DNA of 64,000 nt from a virus. Lineage: Duplodnaviria > Caudoviricetes. This document shows, one piece after another, positions 62,619 through 64,000 of the stretch. The DNA lies in IMG/VR virus record IMGVR_UViG_3300015608_002982, positions 1 through 64,000 of that record, one strand, 5' to 3'. The stretch's first letter is position 1; every line of letters starts with the position of its first letter. The position numbers and the translations under genes are program-made. Below the pieces are notes generated by a model. The model was not told the origin of the DNA, ran no database searches, and saw only the letters and a program-made list of their open reading frames with translations.

Positions 62619-63058
62619 TTTGATATTTTGTTTAGTATAAAGCTATATGTATCTATGTGTAGATAAAAATGATTAACTACCAAGTACAAATATAACGATA
62701 TCTTTACTAAAAGAAAAAGAAATAATGATATTTTGTAAAATATTGTCCATTTAATCGGCTTTAATATCCAGTTTAATATAAATGATAATGATAAAAGAAA
62801 GCCAAAAATATACCAATTGTGTGTAAATAATCCAATAAATACCCAAAATAGTTCAAATAGTGATAGTATGTGATAAGCTTCAATTATAGAATATTCCTTC
62901 TTAGTTCTAAACTCTCTTCTATTGGGTTTTTTACCTATTACTTTTTCATACTTTTCTTTCCATTCTTTTATTGAATAGATTTTACCAAATCTTACAGTAC
63001 TTGATAATGTTGATAGTAGTACTAAAATTCCTATTGCGTAATATATAGTTGCTAACAT
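62615..63058 (-). CDS. Multi-pass membrane protein
   Basis: About four hydrophobic segments. Confidence 0.6.
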   Translation of the reverse strand: MLATIYYAIGILVLLSTLSSTVRFGKIYSIKEWKEKYEKVIGKKPNRREFRTKKEYSIIEAYHILSLFELFWVFIGLFTHNWYIFGFLLSLSFILNWILKPIKWTIFYKISLFLFLLVKISLYLYLVVNHFYLHIDTYSFILNKISK

Positions 63059-63155
63059 ATGTTTTATATCTATTAAAAATCTGTTTGTTTCTTTTTTAAA
63101 ACAAACAGAAGATGTAAATAATTATATATAGATAATAAAATTAATTGACAATTAA

Positions 63156-64000
63156 ATGGCATCTACACCTCTTTATAAATTTTTAAAGTCAAACGGAACA
63201 TCATTCTATGCTTTTCCAGGTGCGGCTGAAGATATATCAGCAGCTTATCAGAATTCAAACTACAAGATGTATTTTTCAAAATTTGTCTTGTTAAATTTCC
63301 CTAAGCAAAATTTGACATCGGGTACAATGTCAAACCCTATTGTTTTTGACTTTGATGGTTCATTTCAAAAATCAGTTAATGCGACACCTCCAGGTACTTT
63401 TAATGAGTCTATAATAGAATCTCTAAGAAACTATGTAGCTAATCATGAAGTTGTAATGAGAGAAAGTAGATTAAACAATACTAAGTATTATTATGATACT
63501 AATGCTTTAGAAACACCTACTGAGAAAATATTCTTTAAATGGGCTAAAAAGTTGAATCTTATTGACTTTGAACCTGCTATTCCAGATGATGAGTATTTCA
63601 GTAATCTTAAAGAGTTCGAAAGAGGAAATATAAATGATGATGCTTATTTTCCAGAATATTTATGGAAGGAAAGAGAAGTTATTTCTTGGGATGCTATTTC
63701 TTTTTATCAAAGTGGTGTTTCTGGATATGGCACTAACTTAGAAGTTGAGTTTGCTGGTACTACAAATTTTAAAGTAGGTGATAAAGTAAGAATATTTAAT
63801 GTTAGTAACTCTGCAATTTATTCTGATCCAGGTTTAGCTGGTTCAAATACTGTAGATGGTATTCAGACTGATGTTCTTTATATAACACCAGCTGGTGCTA
63901 CACAAGGTCAAAAAATAGTATTTGATATAAATACTACAATTTCTCAACAGTTTGAAACTACTGGTCAAATAGAATTGGTTTATAACAGATTTGTTCAATA
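63156..64000 (+). CDS. Probable virion structural protein (3' partial; not in ORF track)
   Basis: MASTPLYKFLKSNGTSFYAFPGAAEDIS..; frame appears open toward the window end; follows an ATATATA motif. Confidence 0.65.
   Translation, partial: MASTPLYKFLKSNGTSFYAFPGAAEDISAAYQNSNYKMYFSKFVLLNFPKQNLTSGTMSNPIVFDFDGSFQKSVNATPPGTFNESIIESLRNYVANHEVVMRESRLNNTKYYYDTNALETPTEKIFFKWAKKLNLIDFEPAIPDDEYFSNLKEFERGNINDDAYFPEYLWKEREVISWDAISFYQSGVSGYGTNLEVEFAGTTNFKVGDKVRIFNVSNSAIYSDPGLAGSNTVDGIQTDVLYITPAGATQGQKIVFDINTTISQQFETTGQIELVYNRFVQ

Noticed and set aside
1-64000. CRISPR array or tRNA genes
   Set aside because: No regularly spaced direct repeats and no cloverleaf with a GTTCRA T-loop were recognised by eye; a tRNAscan/CRISPR search could still find divergent ones
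1-64000. Stop-codon reassignment as in some huge phages
   Set aside because: Long genes are intact in the standard code and coding density is high; apart from the cysK remnant no systematic TAG/TGA interruptions were seen

Overview
A strongly AT-rich, gene-dense 64-kb segment of a very large tailed (T4-like or 'huge') phage genome. Several complete TTTG-N19-20-TAnnTTTG promoters point to a Bacteroidota host, and a phage-type AATATATA motif precedes putative late genes. Content: virion genes (gp26-like hub, paralogous fibre proteins, an S74-chaperone fibre, a 2100-aa protein with Trp-Gly repeats); UvsX/RecA; a RuvC-like resolvase; a DNA methyltransferase; PhoH with two inteins; a Ro60/TROVE C-terminal half; two Rnl2-type RNA ligases; a minimal HisRS; GreA, SET, NUDIX, HAD, SLOG, metallophosphoesterase and M28-peptidase genes; and about 10 free-standing homing endonucleases. 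Most notable observations: (1) an unannotated leader-peptide transcription attenuator (MRTLHTYKIPIDWT) upstream of a small basic protein / anticodon-domain-less HisRS / two RNA ligase operon; (2) about 20 proteins with a T4-like capsid-targeting N-terminus, two hiding a cryptic Bacteroidota signal peptide; (3) a second recurring R-x-x-K-I-x-x-I/L motif in at least 14 small proteins; (4) late promoters placed in hairpin loops that would occlude start codons; (5) a HigA-N-terminal/MazG fusion; (6) a GreA lacking the catalytic Asp; (7) a cysteine synthase gene reduced to its two ends; (8) a gene whose transcript ends are perfectly complementary. No CRISPR array or tRNA was recognised. All family assignments come from motif recognition by eye, not database searches.
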